DNA of 64,000 nucleotides. It comes from Hydrolagus colliei (Eukaryota). The stretch is from assembly GCA_035084275.1 (NCBI GenBank), contig JAYJKW010000425.1:124001-188000 (forward strand), given 5' to 3'. This document shows positions 1-11,030 of the stretch, piece after piece. Position 1 is the stretch's first letter. Each line of letters starts with the position of its first letter. The position numbers were made by a program, and so were the translations under genes. The notes beneath the pieces are model-generated. The model searched no databases. It was given only the letters and a program-made list of their open reading frames with translations, and was not told where the DNA came from.

Positions 1-179
1 GTGAAAATACCAACGCGAACATAAATTCAAACGATTCATAATAACAATAATAACGCAGCCATGTTTCGCCCAGAAAACACATTTGACAGTACAGTCTGTA
101 CAGTGATTTATATCACGACACAAACAAATAACAAACGTTAATCACAGGAACCGCGATGAAAATACTAACGCAAAATAAC

Positions 180-639
180 CCTGGCGTTTGATATGGCGTT
201 TTTCACGACTTATCTGGACCACGTCTCAAAGCGCTTCGCGGGATGGACCGTAGAGCATAGTGACCGAGTGTTTGTGGGAGAGCGCACTCGTACTCACTGT
301 GTAGACACAGGAAGGCTACGAAGGCAGATTGTGTGTGTGTGTATGTGTGTGTGGGGGGGTGGAGTGGACGGGGGGAATTTGGGGGGGGACAGACGCTGCT
401 GTGTGCGATCGGCTGCCGCATTTCGCTCTCCCACGCACGCACAAGGGGAGCTCTCTGCCTCACTCATGTCTATGGCAGTCACGGTCGGGCGGAAACCTTG
501 ACTTCAACTGCCCTGAACGTGGGCGCCTATTTGGGTCAAAATCCCACACGTTTGCCGCTTTGCCTGTTCTTGTGGTTTCACCGCAATCGAGCGAGCCTTG
601 AGGCTATTGAGTTTTGACATAGCGTAACCCAGTTCCATC

Positions 640-688
<49 letters not shown>

Positions 689-930
689 TGGGGAGAGAGA
701 GGGTCCTCTTTGATTTGCAAACGGTTTGCGACTGGCAGAAAGTGTTCCTATCTCTCCGTGGAACAATTTCAATCCAGTCAGTTTCAATCCAACCGACTGT
801 TCGAGGGAGGCTTTCGCCCACACAGCACACGCAGTCACTACACTTTACCGCGTGTCCCCGTGAAGCACTTTGAGACATCTCGAAGACGTGATAAGGCGCT
901 GTATCAAATGCAAGTATTATTATTATTACG
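180..930. mobile_element. Cluster of partial tRNA-derived SINE 3' segments in both orientations with (GA)n
   Basis: Repeated motifs AAGCGCTT...GAGAC...ATCAAATGCAAG(TAT)n and GGCTGCCGC, shared with the full SINE at 17955-18346. Confidence 0.65.
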
Positions 931-1019
931 TATATGTGTTTTCACGTACCTGTGTAGGTCTATACACAAGTCTCCTCACACATACACACACACACACATG
1001 CCTCTGTTTACCCAGCAGT

Positions 1020-2440
1020 AACATCAGCAACAAAATGACATTTATAGAGCACCTTTCACGTCGGGAGGACGTCGGGAGAGAGTTGGGAGGGGGTGGGAGA
1101 GAGTTGAGAGGGGAGGAAATGAGTTGGGAGGGGGTGGGAGAGAGTTGGGAGGGGAGGGAGAGAGAGTTGGGAAGGAGAAAGTTGGGAGGGAGAGAGAGAG
1201 TTGGGAGGGGATGGGAAGAGAGTTCGGAGGGGAGGGAGCGAGTTCGGAGGGGGTGGGGAGAGAGTTGGGAGGGGTGGGAGAGAGTTGGGAGGGGAGAGAG
1301 AGAGAGTTGGAAGTGGGGAGAGCATTGGGAGGGGATAGGGAGAGAGTTGGGAGGGGAGAGAGTTGGGAGGGGATGGGGAGAGAGTTGGGAAGGGAGAGAG
1401 AGAGTTGGGAGTGGAGGGGGATACTTGGGAGGGGTTGGGGAGACAGTTGGGAGGTGAGGGAGAGAGAGATGGGAGGGAATGGGGAGAGAGTTGGGAGTGG
1501 AGGGAGAGAGTTGGGAGCGGATGGGGAGATAGTTGGGAGGGGAGGGAGAGACTTGGGAGGGGATGGGGAGAGAGTTGGGAGGGAGAGAGAGTTGGGAGGG
1601 GAGGGAGAGAGTTGCGAGGGGAGAGAGTTGGGAGGGGATGGGGAGAGTTAGGAGGGGATGGGGAGAGAGTTGGGAGGAGAGGGAGAGAGTTGCGAAGGGA
1701 GAGAGGTGGGAGTGGAGAGAGAGTTTGGGAGGGGATGGAGAGAGTTGGGTGGGGAGAGAGTTGGGGGGGGAGGGAGAGAGTTGGGTGGGTGTGGGGAGAG
1801 AGTTGGTAGGGATGGGGAGATAGTTGGGAGGGGAGGGAGAGAGAGTTGGGAGGGGTTGGGGAGAGTTGGGAGAGGAGAGAGAGAGTTGGGAGTGGAGGTG
1901 GTTGGGAGGGGAGTGAGAGAGTTGGGAGTGGAGGGACAGAGTTGGGAGGGGATGGGGAGAAAGTTGGGAGGGGAGGGAGATAGAGTTGGGAGGGGAGGGA
2001 GATAGAGTTGGGAGGGGATGGGGAGAGAGTTGGGAGGGGATGTGGAGAGAGTTGGGAGGGGAGAGAGAGTTGGGAGTGGAGGGAGAGAGTTGGGAGAGGA
2101 GAGAGAGAGTTGGGAGGGTATGGGGAGAGAGTTGGGAGGGCATGGGGAGAGAGTTGGGAGGGGAGAGAGAGAGTTGGGAGTGGAGGGAGAGAGTTGGGAG
2201 GGCAGGGGGTTGGGAGGGGAGTGGGAGAGTTGGGAGTGGAGGGACAGAGTTAGGAGGGGATGGGGAGAGAGTTGGGAGGGAGAGAGAGATGGGAGGGGAT
2301 GGGGAGAGAGTTGGGAGGGGATGTGGAGAGACATGAGAAGGCACAGTCGAAGAGGAAGGTGTTGAGACAGGCCTTGTAGGGGGAAAGGGAGGAAGTCGAG
2401 GGCGGAGGGATTGTGGGATGGAGTTCCAGTGAGTAGGAAC
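1020..2440 (-). mobile_element. L2-like LINE 3' end split by the minisatellite
   Basis: 1020-1067 is the reverse of the L2 terminal motif and tail (cf. 33560-33616). 2335-2440 is the reverse of the ORF-end segment (LKTFLFDRAF-type). Confidence 0.7.
1068..2330 (+). repeat. G/A-rich minisatellite, unit about 20-22 bp (GGGAGAGAGTTGGGAGGGG[A/G]T)
   Basis: Dozens of variant copies with almost no C on the + strand. It produces the spurious ORF 926..2551. Confidence 0.95.
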
Positions 2441-2859
2441 CTGCTCGTTAGCCAATCGGTGGATCGCTTTCCGGGGGGTAATAATTCCTTCAAAATAATA
2501 ATCATTTGGTCTCTGAATCCATGACTGTTCGTGGGACATTTCTTTTTGCAATTGGCTGCCTCATTTCGCACACGAGATACACAGTCACTGCGCTTGAAAG
2601 TACACTCTGTGAAGCACTTTGAGACGTCCAGAAGAGGTGAAAAGCCGCGATATCAAACGCAATGATGGTATCGCGCCTTGCCATGCCTTCGAGACGTCTC
2701 AAAGCGCTTCACAGGACGTACTGCACAGCACAGTGTAGTGACTGTGTGTTTTTGTGGGCGATACAATTAAAGCATTAATACAAGACCGTTATGGTACATG
2801 ATATGACACAATTAGGATGCAAAACTTTGCTATTGGTATTAAGAATATGAATCTTAAGA

Positions 2860-3150
2860 ACAACACGAATATGAGTGTCAATAGTAATATTAATAAAAGC
2901 AAACAAATTTATAATATCATTAATACTACTAATATTAATACAAATACTAATAATGCTATTAATATTAGTACTATAAATTCATTAATAATAATAAGTAATA
3001 GTAAAAAAAACAATCGATAATACAAGTATTATTAATAATAACAATATTAATATAATTAATAATAACATCGATATGATTAATAACAACACTAATATTGTTA
3101 ATAATAACACTAATAACACTACTAATGGTGTCAATAATAACAACAGCAAA
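2860..3150. repeat. Degenerate (TAA)n/AT-rich array at the tail of a SINE
   Basis: AAT/ATT/ACT triplets directly abutting the SINE 3' end near 3160. Confidence 0.75.
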
Positions 3151-3159
3151 TATTATCTG

Positions 3160-3545
3160 ACAAGTTTTAGCGCCCTCCTCTCCAGCGCACTTCTCACATC
3201 TTCTAGACTGTGTCTCAAAGCGCTTCGCAGAACAGACTGTAAAGCGTAGTGACTGTGTGTCTGTTGGAGAGCGAAATGCGACTGCTGATTGCGCACGGCA
3301 GCGTCTCCCCCCCGCCCCTCCCCCCCCACACACACACACAGCCGTGGATTTGAAAATCACCAATTTTATTATTGTGCGTTATTTTTCTTTAAACGGATTA
3401 TTAATATGCGTGTGTGTGTGTGTGTGTGCATGCATGTGTGTGTGGGCATGTGTGGGCGTGTGTGTGTGCGCGTGTGTGGAGGAAGCAAACTTGCCCGAGG
3501 TTTTGTGCTGACCTGACCTGACCTGGATTCGAAACACGCAGATCC
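3160..3545 (-). mobile_element. tRNA-derived SINE
   Basis: Same module order as 17955-18346, including internal (CA)n and the GGATTCGAA B-box region. Confidence 0.75.
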
Positions 3546-3671
3546 TCGCAGCATTCTTAACCCGGTCTCTGCCCTTTGCAGAATGCGTGCGCGCGAGACA
3601 GCGGGAGTTGCGGATTAGAAACCGGCCGCGTTTCGTCTGGTTTCCCGGCCGACGAGTTTGTCGGATTCGAG

Positions 3672-3717
3672 ATGAGGCCCGGTCTGCTCGCCTGCCTCCT
3701 GGCTCGACTCATCCCAG
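3672..3717 (+). CDS. Leader exon of VJ-C1 receptor (MRPGLLACLLARLIP-V)
   Basis: ATG at 3672, hydrophobic stretch, phase-1 donor G|GTTAGA at 3718. It joins to VAASLA|TLTQTP as a plausible signal peptide. An upstream acceptor (CCCTTTGCAG, 3581) suggests a further 5'UTR exon. Confidence 0.75.
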
Positions 3718-6700
3718 GTTAGAGATTCCTTCAGTCGTTCTAGCAATGATCCGATTATCCTGGCGTTTGTTATCGCGGCTTTTCACACCTTATCCACCGC
3801 GTCTCAAAGTGCTTCGCGGGATAGACTGTAACAGTGTAGTGACTGTACATTTGTGGGCGAATCGCGGCAGCCGATAGCGCACAGCAAGGTGCCCCCCCTA
3901 GCCCACACGCACAGTCGTGGGTTGAAAATTACCAATTTTATTATGGTGGGGGGTTTTTGGAGGGATTATTATTAGGCGTGTGTGTGTGTGTGTATGTGTG
4001 TGTGTGTGTGTTACTGGAGTAAGGAAACTTGCCCGAGGTTTCGCCCTGACCTGACCTGTCTGGATTCGAACACAGAGGTTCGGCGAGCGCTCTAACCATT
4101 GAGCTAAAGGAGCTCCAGGTTTCCTTGCTATACACATACACACACACACACACATGCACACGCATATACACACACACACACACACACACATACGCGTGTC
4201 TAATAATCTGTCCAAAATAAATCACAATCGTAAAAATCGGTCGTAAAAATCCTTGCATTTGATAGTGCACGTTTCACGTCTTGTCGACTGTGTCTCCAAG
4301 CACTTCACAGAATATTCTGTAAAGTGTAGTGACTGCATGTTTGCGGGAGAACGAAACAGCCATATTTGCGCACGGCAGCGTTCCCCCGCCCGCATACAAT
4401 CCTGGATTGAAACGACCGATATGTATTATTGTTTTGGACTTTCTTTNNNNNNNNNNNNNNNNNNNNNNNNNNNNNNNNNNNNNNNNNNNNNNNNNNNNNN
4501 NNNNNNNNNNNNNNNNNNNNNNNNNNNNNNNNNNNNNNNNNNNNNNNNNNNNNNNNNNNNNNNNNNNNNNNNNNNNNNNNNNNNNNNNNNNNNNNNNNNN
4601 NNNNNNNNNNNNNNNNNNNNNAAGGAAACTTGCCTGATCTATCGCCTTGACCTGACCTGCCTGGATTCGAAACACAGGATCTCTCTCTCTCTCTCATGAT
4701 CGCAAAGCGAGCGAGTGAGCGAATGCTCTGAACCCACTGAGCTACAGGACTCTGGTTTCATTCCTCTTCATGTCTTCCCCCCCCACAAGTCGCGGCTTCG
4801 CTCGCGACTCTAACCCAGACGCCGTCGCTACAGACGCAAGCGGTCGGGAGCCTGGTCCAGCTTCATTGTCATCCAGGGAGGATCCGACACGCGCAGCTCA
4901 TGTGGTACAAGCAACAGCGCAACGAGAAGCCCGTGTTCGTCCACAAGACGCGCAAGTATTCGGCTCCAGATGGGAGGTTCTCGGGCGAAATCGACGCTCA
5001 ATCGAACACCTACTCGCTCGCGATCACCAACGCCCAGAAAACGGACTCGGGGACTTACTACTGCGCAGCGAGGAATGCCACAAACAGAGCGTTGCTGTTC
5101 GGTAATGGTTCCAAGGTTGTGATCATCATGGGTAATGTACACTCTGATCATACTGATAATATTAAAATTAAAAATTAAAAATTAAAATTAACATTAAAAA
5201 TAACATTAATATTAATATTAACATTAACGCCAACGCCAACATTAATGCTAACGCTAACATTAACATTAACATTAATATTAACATTGAAATTGAAATTAAC
5301 GCTAACATTAGCATTAGCATTAATATTAATATTAACATTAACATTAACATTGACATGGACATGGACATGGACATGGACATGGACATGGACATGAACATGA
5401 ACATTAATATTAACGCTAACACTAACACTAACACTAATACTAATGCAAAGATTAACATTAACTTTAACATTAGCGCTAATACTAACACTAACATTAACAT
5501 GAACATTAACATTACTATTAACATTAACGCTAACATTAACCCTAACACTAACACCAACATGAACATGAACATTAATATTAACACTAACACTAACACTAAC
5601 ACCGACACCACCATGAACATTAATATTCATATTAACAGTAACACTAATACTAACACGAACAAGAACACGAACACCAACAGCAACACCAACACGAACACTA
5701 GCATTAAAATTAAAATTAATGTTAACACTAACACCAACATTAACTCTAACGCTAACACTAACACTGACACCAACATTAACATTGAAATAAACATGGAAAT
5801 TAAACTAACACTAACACTGACACTAACACTAACAACAATATTAAGATTAACATTAACACTAACACTAACACCAACATGAACATGAATATTAATATTAACA
5901 TTAACACTAACACCGACACCACCATGAACATTAATATTCATATTAACAGTAACACTAATACTAACACGAACAAGAACACGAACACCAACAGCAACACCAA
6001 CACTAGCAGTAAAATTAAAATTAATGTTAACACTAACACTAACACCAACATTAACATTAACATTGAAATAAACATGGAAATTAAACTAACACTAACACTG
6101 ACACTAACACTAACACTAACACTAACACTAACATTAACATTAGTATTAACATTAACACTAACGCTAACACTAACAACAACATTAAGATTAACATTAACAC
6201 TAATACTAACACTAACACCAACATGAACATGAACATTAACATTAATACTAACACCAACATGAACATTAATATTCATATTAACAGTAACACTAATACTAAC
6301 ACGAACACGGACACCAACATTAAAATTGAAATGGAAATGAAAAAGAAGATTAAGACTAAAACTAAGACTAAGACTGAGACTGAGACTGAGACTGAGATTG
6401 AGATTGAAATTGAAATTGAAATTGAAATTGAAATTGAAATTAAAATTAAAATTAACGCTAACACTAACGCTAACGCTAACACTAACGCTAACACCAACAT
6501 TAACTAAAATTAAAACTAATATTAATATTAATATCGTTAATAAACGCCAACATTAATATTAATATTAACGCTAATACTAACATTAACATAAATTTTAATT
6601 TTATTAACTATTAATATGAACATTAATCCTGGCATTTGATATAGTTGCCTTTTCGCATCTTATCCACGTCTCGAAGCGCTTCACAGAATGGACTGTCAGT

Positions 6701-9573
6701 TGTAGTGACCGTGTGTTTGAGGGAGAGCAAAATGCTTCAGCCGATTGCGCACAGCAGCGTAGAGTGTAGTGACTTTGCTGGCGGATGTTTAATCCTGGTT
6801 CTGTTGTCTTTCCGGGACACAGAGGGTTTACCCAGCGTCCGCATCCTAGTGCCTCAGTCGGATACGATGTCCTCATTGGGAAGAGTGTCACTGATGTGCG
6901 TGGTGAGTGGATCAAGCCCCCGATCTCCTCTAATCCTCTGGTACGTATCTGGTCAAAGGGCGCATGGAAGGACTGAACCGGGTATAATAGAGCCGGATGG
7001 GACGTACAGCATCAAAAGCCACATCGAAGTCTCCATTGAGACCTGGAGCAGAGACTCTGTCTACACCTGCGTTCAACCCAACTCCATTGGAAAACAAAGC
7101 GCATCCTATCGCAGAGGTAAGACATATTGGATCCTATTTGCTGGTAGTGAATGGATGGACCTCTCTCGCCCCAAAGGCCTGTAGATGCTCAGTCAGTCCT
7201 TGGAACACATTCAAGACTGAGATTGGGCAAAGGGAATGAGGGAGGGAATTCCAAAGCCTCGGACGGACAGACAGACACACACACACACACAGAGAGACAT
7301 ACTCACACACATGCCCAATAAAAATCCCTCCAAAAATAAACCACAATACTGTAATAAAATTGGTCATTTCAACCCACCGTTGGCTGTGTGTGTGTGTGTG
7401 GGGGGGGGGGGGACGGGGGGGGGGGACGCTGCTGTGTGCAATTGGCTGCCGCGTGTCACTCTCCCACAAATATACAGTCACTTCACTTGACGGTATATTC
7501 TGTGAAGCACTTTGAGACACTAGGAGACGTGAAAAGCCGCGATATCAAATGCGAGGATTCTTCTTATTATTATTATTAGTTCAATGACTTTATTAAACTC
7601 TGTTTGGATCCTCAGTGTCACCTCCGCCTCCCGCCTGCATGTTTGAGCTTCTTGTCCTGGTATCTGTGTCGTCCCTTCTCCTCTTTCCGATGCTGATCGT
7701 GGCTGCCAAAATGGGGTCAAGGAACCGGGAGTCAGGTACGGTCATTCAACAACAACAACAACAACTTGGGTTTATATCACGCCCTCACTCCACGCTTCAC
7801 AGTAACGGAACCCAGGAGTGAGCCAGGGGGAAGGGGGAAGGGGGAAGGTGACCGAAGCTGAGTCCTGAAACTAGGAAGAGAAGGAGCGAGAGCGAAGGAA
7901 GTGAGGAAGGGAGTTTCAGAGCCTCGGGGCGTACTGACTGAAGACTGATGGTGGAGCGGAGAATTCGGGGGTGTGGGGTGGGAGACAAGGAGAGAGGCCA
8001 GGATCGGATGAGCGAAGGCAATGGGGTGCTATGTTGGGGAGAGAGGCGGTCGGAGAGGTAGGGGAAGGATGGTGGGCAGAGGAGTGGAGAGATTTGAAGA
8101 TAAGGGTGAGGATCTTGAAATCGATCCTCTCTGGCTCGGGCCCGGGATCCGTGACTATGAACTCTCTGAGACGCCGTCCGTTTGGCCTGGAGTGAGGGCG
8201 CTGTATAAATCCAAGTTGTCGTTGTTGTCGTCGTCGTGGTTGTCGATTAGTTTTCTTTCGCTCCCACCTTCCTTCTTCGCAACACTGACCTCGGTTTAAT
8301 TCTCTCCTTCGAAACAACAGCCGCTGAAACGAGGGACGGGCGAGTTTCCGACCCGAGACCAAATGAGCTATGGAACGAGGTAAATGCTCGGAATGGAGCT
8401 CACGAATTTCTCTTCGGTTCCCGAGAGACTGTGAATTGTCCTGAAGCACGGTGGTGGTTAGAGCACTCACCTCACGAGCGAGAGACCTGGGTTTGATAGT
8501 AAATGATTAATAACACGAATAGTAATCCCTTGAAAAATTAATAACTTCATTAAAAATGATATGAATGCATTGGTCACTCACTCACTCGCTCACTCGCTCA
8601 CGGGCCCGAGTCAGGGACAATGGGGTAGAAAGGTGACCAAAGGCTCGGTCGAAGAGAAAGGTCTTCAGTTGAGACCTGACACTGGGAAGAGAGGGGGAGG
8701 AGGATTCGGGGGGGGGGACAGGGAGGGCGGCCAGACCCAGTGGAGCGAAAGCAATGGGTGCTGGTTCGAGGAGAGGTCCCATAAGAATCGGAGAAACAGA
8801 AGCAAAAATATCAGATGCAAAGATTATTATCATATTTATAATATTAATATTTAATAATATTATTTATAATAATTATAATATTATTATAATAAATCTCCTT
8901 TCCATTCTTTCACTATTGTCCAACAAACTGGGTGGGATTAATTGACAAATGCATATATTAATTTCTTGCTTGCGATGGCATTCTTTCATCAATGGAACTT
9001 GTGTAGCTCTCAGTGGTTAGAGCGCTCGCCTAACAAGCGTGGTGAGATCTGCGTTCGAATCCAGCCAGATCAGGGCGCAACCTTGGGCAAGTTTCATTAC
9101 TTCACACACACACACACACACACGCACACACACACAGACGCATCTAATAATAATCCCTCCAAAAAAAAACACAATGATAAAAATTGGTCATTTCAACCCA
9201 ATCGGCTGCCGCGTTTCTCCCTCCCACAAATAGACAGTCACTACACTTTACAGTGCATTCTGTGAAGCACTTCACGGAATATAATGTCGCACCTAGATAA
9301 GCAAAGGTGTGTGTGTGTGTGTGTGTGTGTGGAGTACGGAAAGTTGCCTAAGGTTTTGTCCTGTCCTCTTTCCTGGGAATCGAACCCAGCTCCTCTGGCT
9401 TCTGAGATGAGCGCTCTAACTGCTGAGCGACAACAGTCTAGACTATTGTAAACGATAAGCGAGAGTTGTGTAGGTTTTGACTGTGGTTTTGTCTCCCATA
9501 GACTCTGTACGCTCGCCTGGCCATCGGGCAAGATTCTGGGCAGCGAAGTGATCGCAGAGACACAGTCTCGTGA
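3672..9573 (+). CDS. Non-rearranging VJ-C1-TM receptor with ITIM/ITSM-like tail; join(3672..3717,4790..5131,6823..7116,7616..7735,8321..8379,9502..9573), 310 aa
   Basis: Six exons, all with GT/AG borders. Phases are 1,1,1,1,0 and total 933 nt (311 codons) with no internal stop. Domain order: signal peptide, V-set with J motif, C1-set, hydrophobic TM, cytoplasmic tail with TLYARL. Confidence 0.85.
3760..4750 (-). mobile_element. Two SINE copies in intron 1 (second spans the N-gap)
   Basis: GGAGCTCC...TTAGAGCG...TTCGAATCCAG head and AAGCGCTT tail motifs on the minus strand. Confidence 0.7.
4447..4621. other. Assembly gap (N run)
   Basis: Run of n. Confidence 1.
4790..5131 (+). CDS. Germline-joined V-J exon (Ig V-set)
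   Basis: Acceptor CCCCACAAG at 4789. Translation TLTQTP...QLHC...MWYKQQ...RFSG...YSLAITNAQKTDSGTYYCAARNATNRALLFGNGSKVVIIM shows both Cys, the Trp, DxxxYYC and the FGxG J motif in one exon. Donor G|GTAATG at 5132. Confidence 0.95.
5160..6620 (+). repeat. Hexamer-period array (AACATT/AACACT variants) with about 0.3-kb higher-order repeats, in the J-C intron
   Basis: 6-bp periodicity. Block 5590-5880 is repeated at 5905-6220 and partly at 6220-6330. It abuts a SINE tail at 6620. Confidence 0.9.
6620..6780 (-). mobile_element. SINE 3' fragment
   Basis: Reverse of ...AAGCGCTTCGAGACG...ATATCAAATGCC tail. Confidence 0.7.
6823..7116 (+). CDS. C1-set constant-domain exon (Ig/TCR constant-like)
   Basis: EGLPSVRILVP...VSLMCVVSG...LWYVSG...DGTYSIKSHIEVSIETWSRDSVYTC. 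Acceptor ACAG at 6822, donor G|GTAAGA at 7117, phase 1 at both ends. Confidence 0.92.
7616..7735 (+). CDS. Stalk/transmembrane exon
   Basis: VSPPPPACMFELLVLVSVSSLLLFPMLIVAAKMGSRNRES. Acceptor CCTCAG at 7615, donor G|GTACGG at 7736, phase 1-1. Confidence 0.85.
7747..8250 (-). mobile_element. L2-like LINE 3' fragment
   Basis: (CAA)n tail followed by reverse L2 3' motifs. ORF 7916..8470(-) contains the L2-type IDFKILTLIFKSLH. Confidence 0.75.
8321..8379 (+). CDS. Cytoplasmic exon 1
   Basis: Pyrimidine tract plus AACAG acceptor at 8320. AAETRDGRVSDPRPNELWNE, donor GAG|GTAAAT. Phase 1 in, phase 0 out. Confidence 0.7.
8998..9290 (+). mobile_element. tRNA-derived SINE
   Basis: CTCAGTGGTTAGAGCG A-box, GTTCGAATCC B-box, internal (CA)n, conserved body. 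Confidence 0.8.
9502..9573 (+). CDS. Terminal cytoplasmic exon with ITIM/ITSM-like TLYARL
   Basis: Acceptor GTTTTGTCTCCCATAG at 9501. Phase-0 reading TLYARLAIGQDSGQRSDRRDTVS* (TGA 9571-9573). Confidence 0.72.
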   Translation, partial: TLYARLAIGQDSGQRSDRRDTVS

Positions 9574-9974
9574 GGCCGTGGTCTAGGGCATAATTTCCAC
9601 CTGTTTTGCTCTCTATGTTTCTTTCCTCTAACCCCCCCTCCCCCCCTCCCCCACCTCTCCCTTCCCCATCCTGTGTTCACAACAACAACAGCTCACATCT
9701 GTTCAGCGCCTTTCCAATCGGGAGGACGTCCCCCAATAATGGGATCATCACCAAAGGGAGCTTTCACCTCCACCTGGGCGATGTCTGGCTTCCCTGGAGC
9801 TCAAACTGTCCATGACAATGACCTGCAGACCAATCACTGATCCCCACAGCCATTGTAACCTTCCCAGACAAGCAAGATGGTTTCCCTATTAACCAATAAG
9901 CATCCACAGACTTCGGTGAGAGTCCAGGCAATTGGCTCAAGCCATGGGGGAGGGATCTCATGACTTCATGACCA

Positions 9975-11030
9975 TTAAGTGACCAGCCTTGTTATGGATG
10001 ATTTTGAATGGATGGAATTCTTTACCCGCAAAGGGCTGTCAATGCTCAGTCAGTCCTTGAACATATTCAAGACTGAGATTGATAGATTTCTTGCGGATAA
10101 AGGGATTAAGGGATATGTGGACAAGCGGGGGTGGGGTGGGTGGGGGTTCATTTGGAGTTAAGGTTAGAAGATCAGCCATGATCTTACTGAATGGCTGGGC
10201 GGGCTCGAGGGGCTGAATGCCCTACTCCTGCTCCTAGTTCTTATCATAGAATCATAGAATGTTATGGCAGACAAAGAGGCCATTTGGCCCATCGAGTCTG
10301 TGCCGGCACTGTGACCAAGCAAGTCACTTTCATTAGCTCCAATCACCAGCTTTCTCCCCACAACCCTGCAAACCTGTCTTCCCCAGATACCTATCTAGTT
10401 CTCTCTTAAAAGCTGCCATCGAATCGGACCTCACTACCCTTTCAGGCAGCGCATTCCAAATTCCAACAACTCGCTGAGTAAAAAAAATATCTTCTAACCT
10501 CCTCTCTGCTTCTTTTGTTAGATATCGTAGAATATCGCAGACACACCTACCAGCGTAAACAGCTTTTCCCTATCTAGCCCGAGTCGAAACCTTTCATGAT
10601 CTTGAAGACCTCTATCAGATCCCCGCGTAACCTTCTCTGCTCTAATGGGAAAACTCCTAACTTCTCCAGTGTCTGTCCTCATAGCTAAAGTTCCCCGTTC
10701 CTGGTATCATTCTCGTGAATCTCATCTGCGCCCTTTCCAGTGCCTTCATGTCCATCTTGATGTCAGTTGCCCAGAACTGGACGCAGTACTCCAGCTGAGA
10801 TCTAATCAGGGTTTTGTATAGATTAACCATAACCTCCCTACACTTATACTCTACGCCCCAACTAATAAAGCTCAGTGCACCAAATGCCTTTTTTTTACTG
10901 CCTTATCTACCTGCCCTGCTACCTTTAATGATTTGCTTACTTGAACACCCAGATCTCTCTGTACGTTCACCCCCCTTATGATTGAGCTACCAAGTCTATG
11001 TTGCCTCCTATCATTTTTCCTTCCTAAATT
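9975..11030. mobile_element. Two CR1-like LINE 3' fragments joined tail-to-tail at a CATAGAAT repeat
   Basis: GGCTCGAGGGGCTGAATG-CCTACTCCTGCTCC terminal motif and CATAGAATCATAGAAT at about 10245-10260. The rest is reverse CR1 ORF2 end. Confidence 0.75.

Noticed and set aside
926-2551. 541-aa Pro/Ser/Leu-rich ORF and overlapping Gly/Glu/Arg ORFs
   Set aside because: They are translations of the minisatellite, with no domain or splice support.
4790-5131. Somatically rearranged TCR/IgL captured in the assembly
   Set aside because: No additional J segments or RSS lie before the C exon, and the downstream TM and tail exons are not TCR- or IgL-like.
5168-6507. Asn/Thr/Ile and Val/Leu/Met dipeptide-repeat ORFs
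   Set aside because: They arise from 6-bp periodicity in an intron of the VJ-C1 gene.
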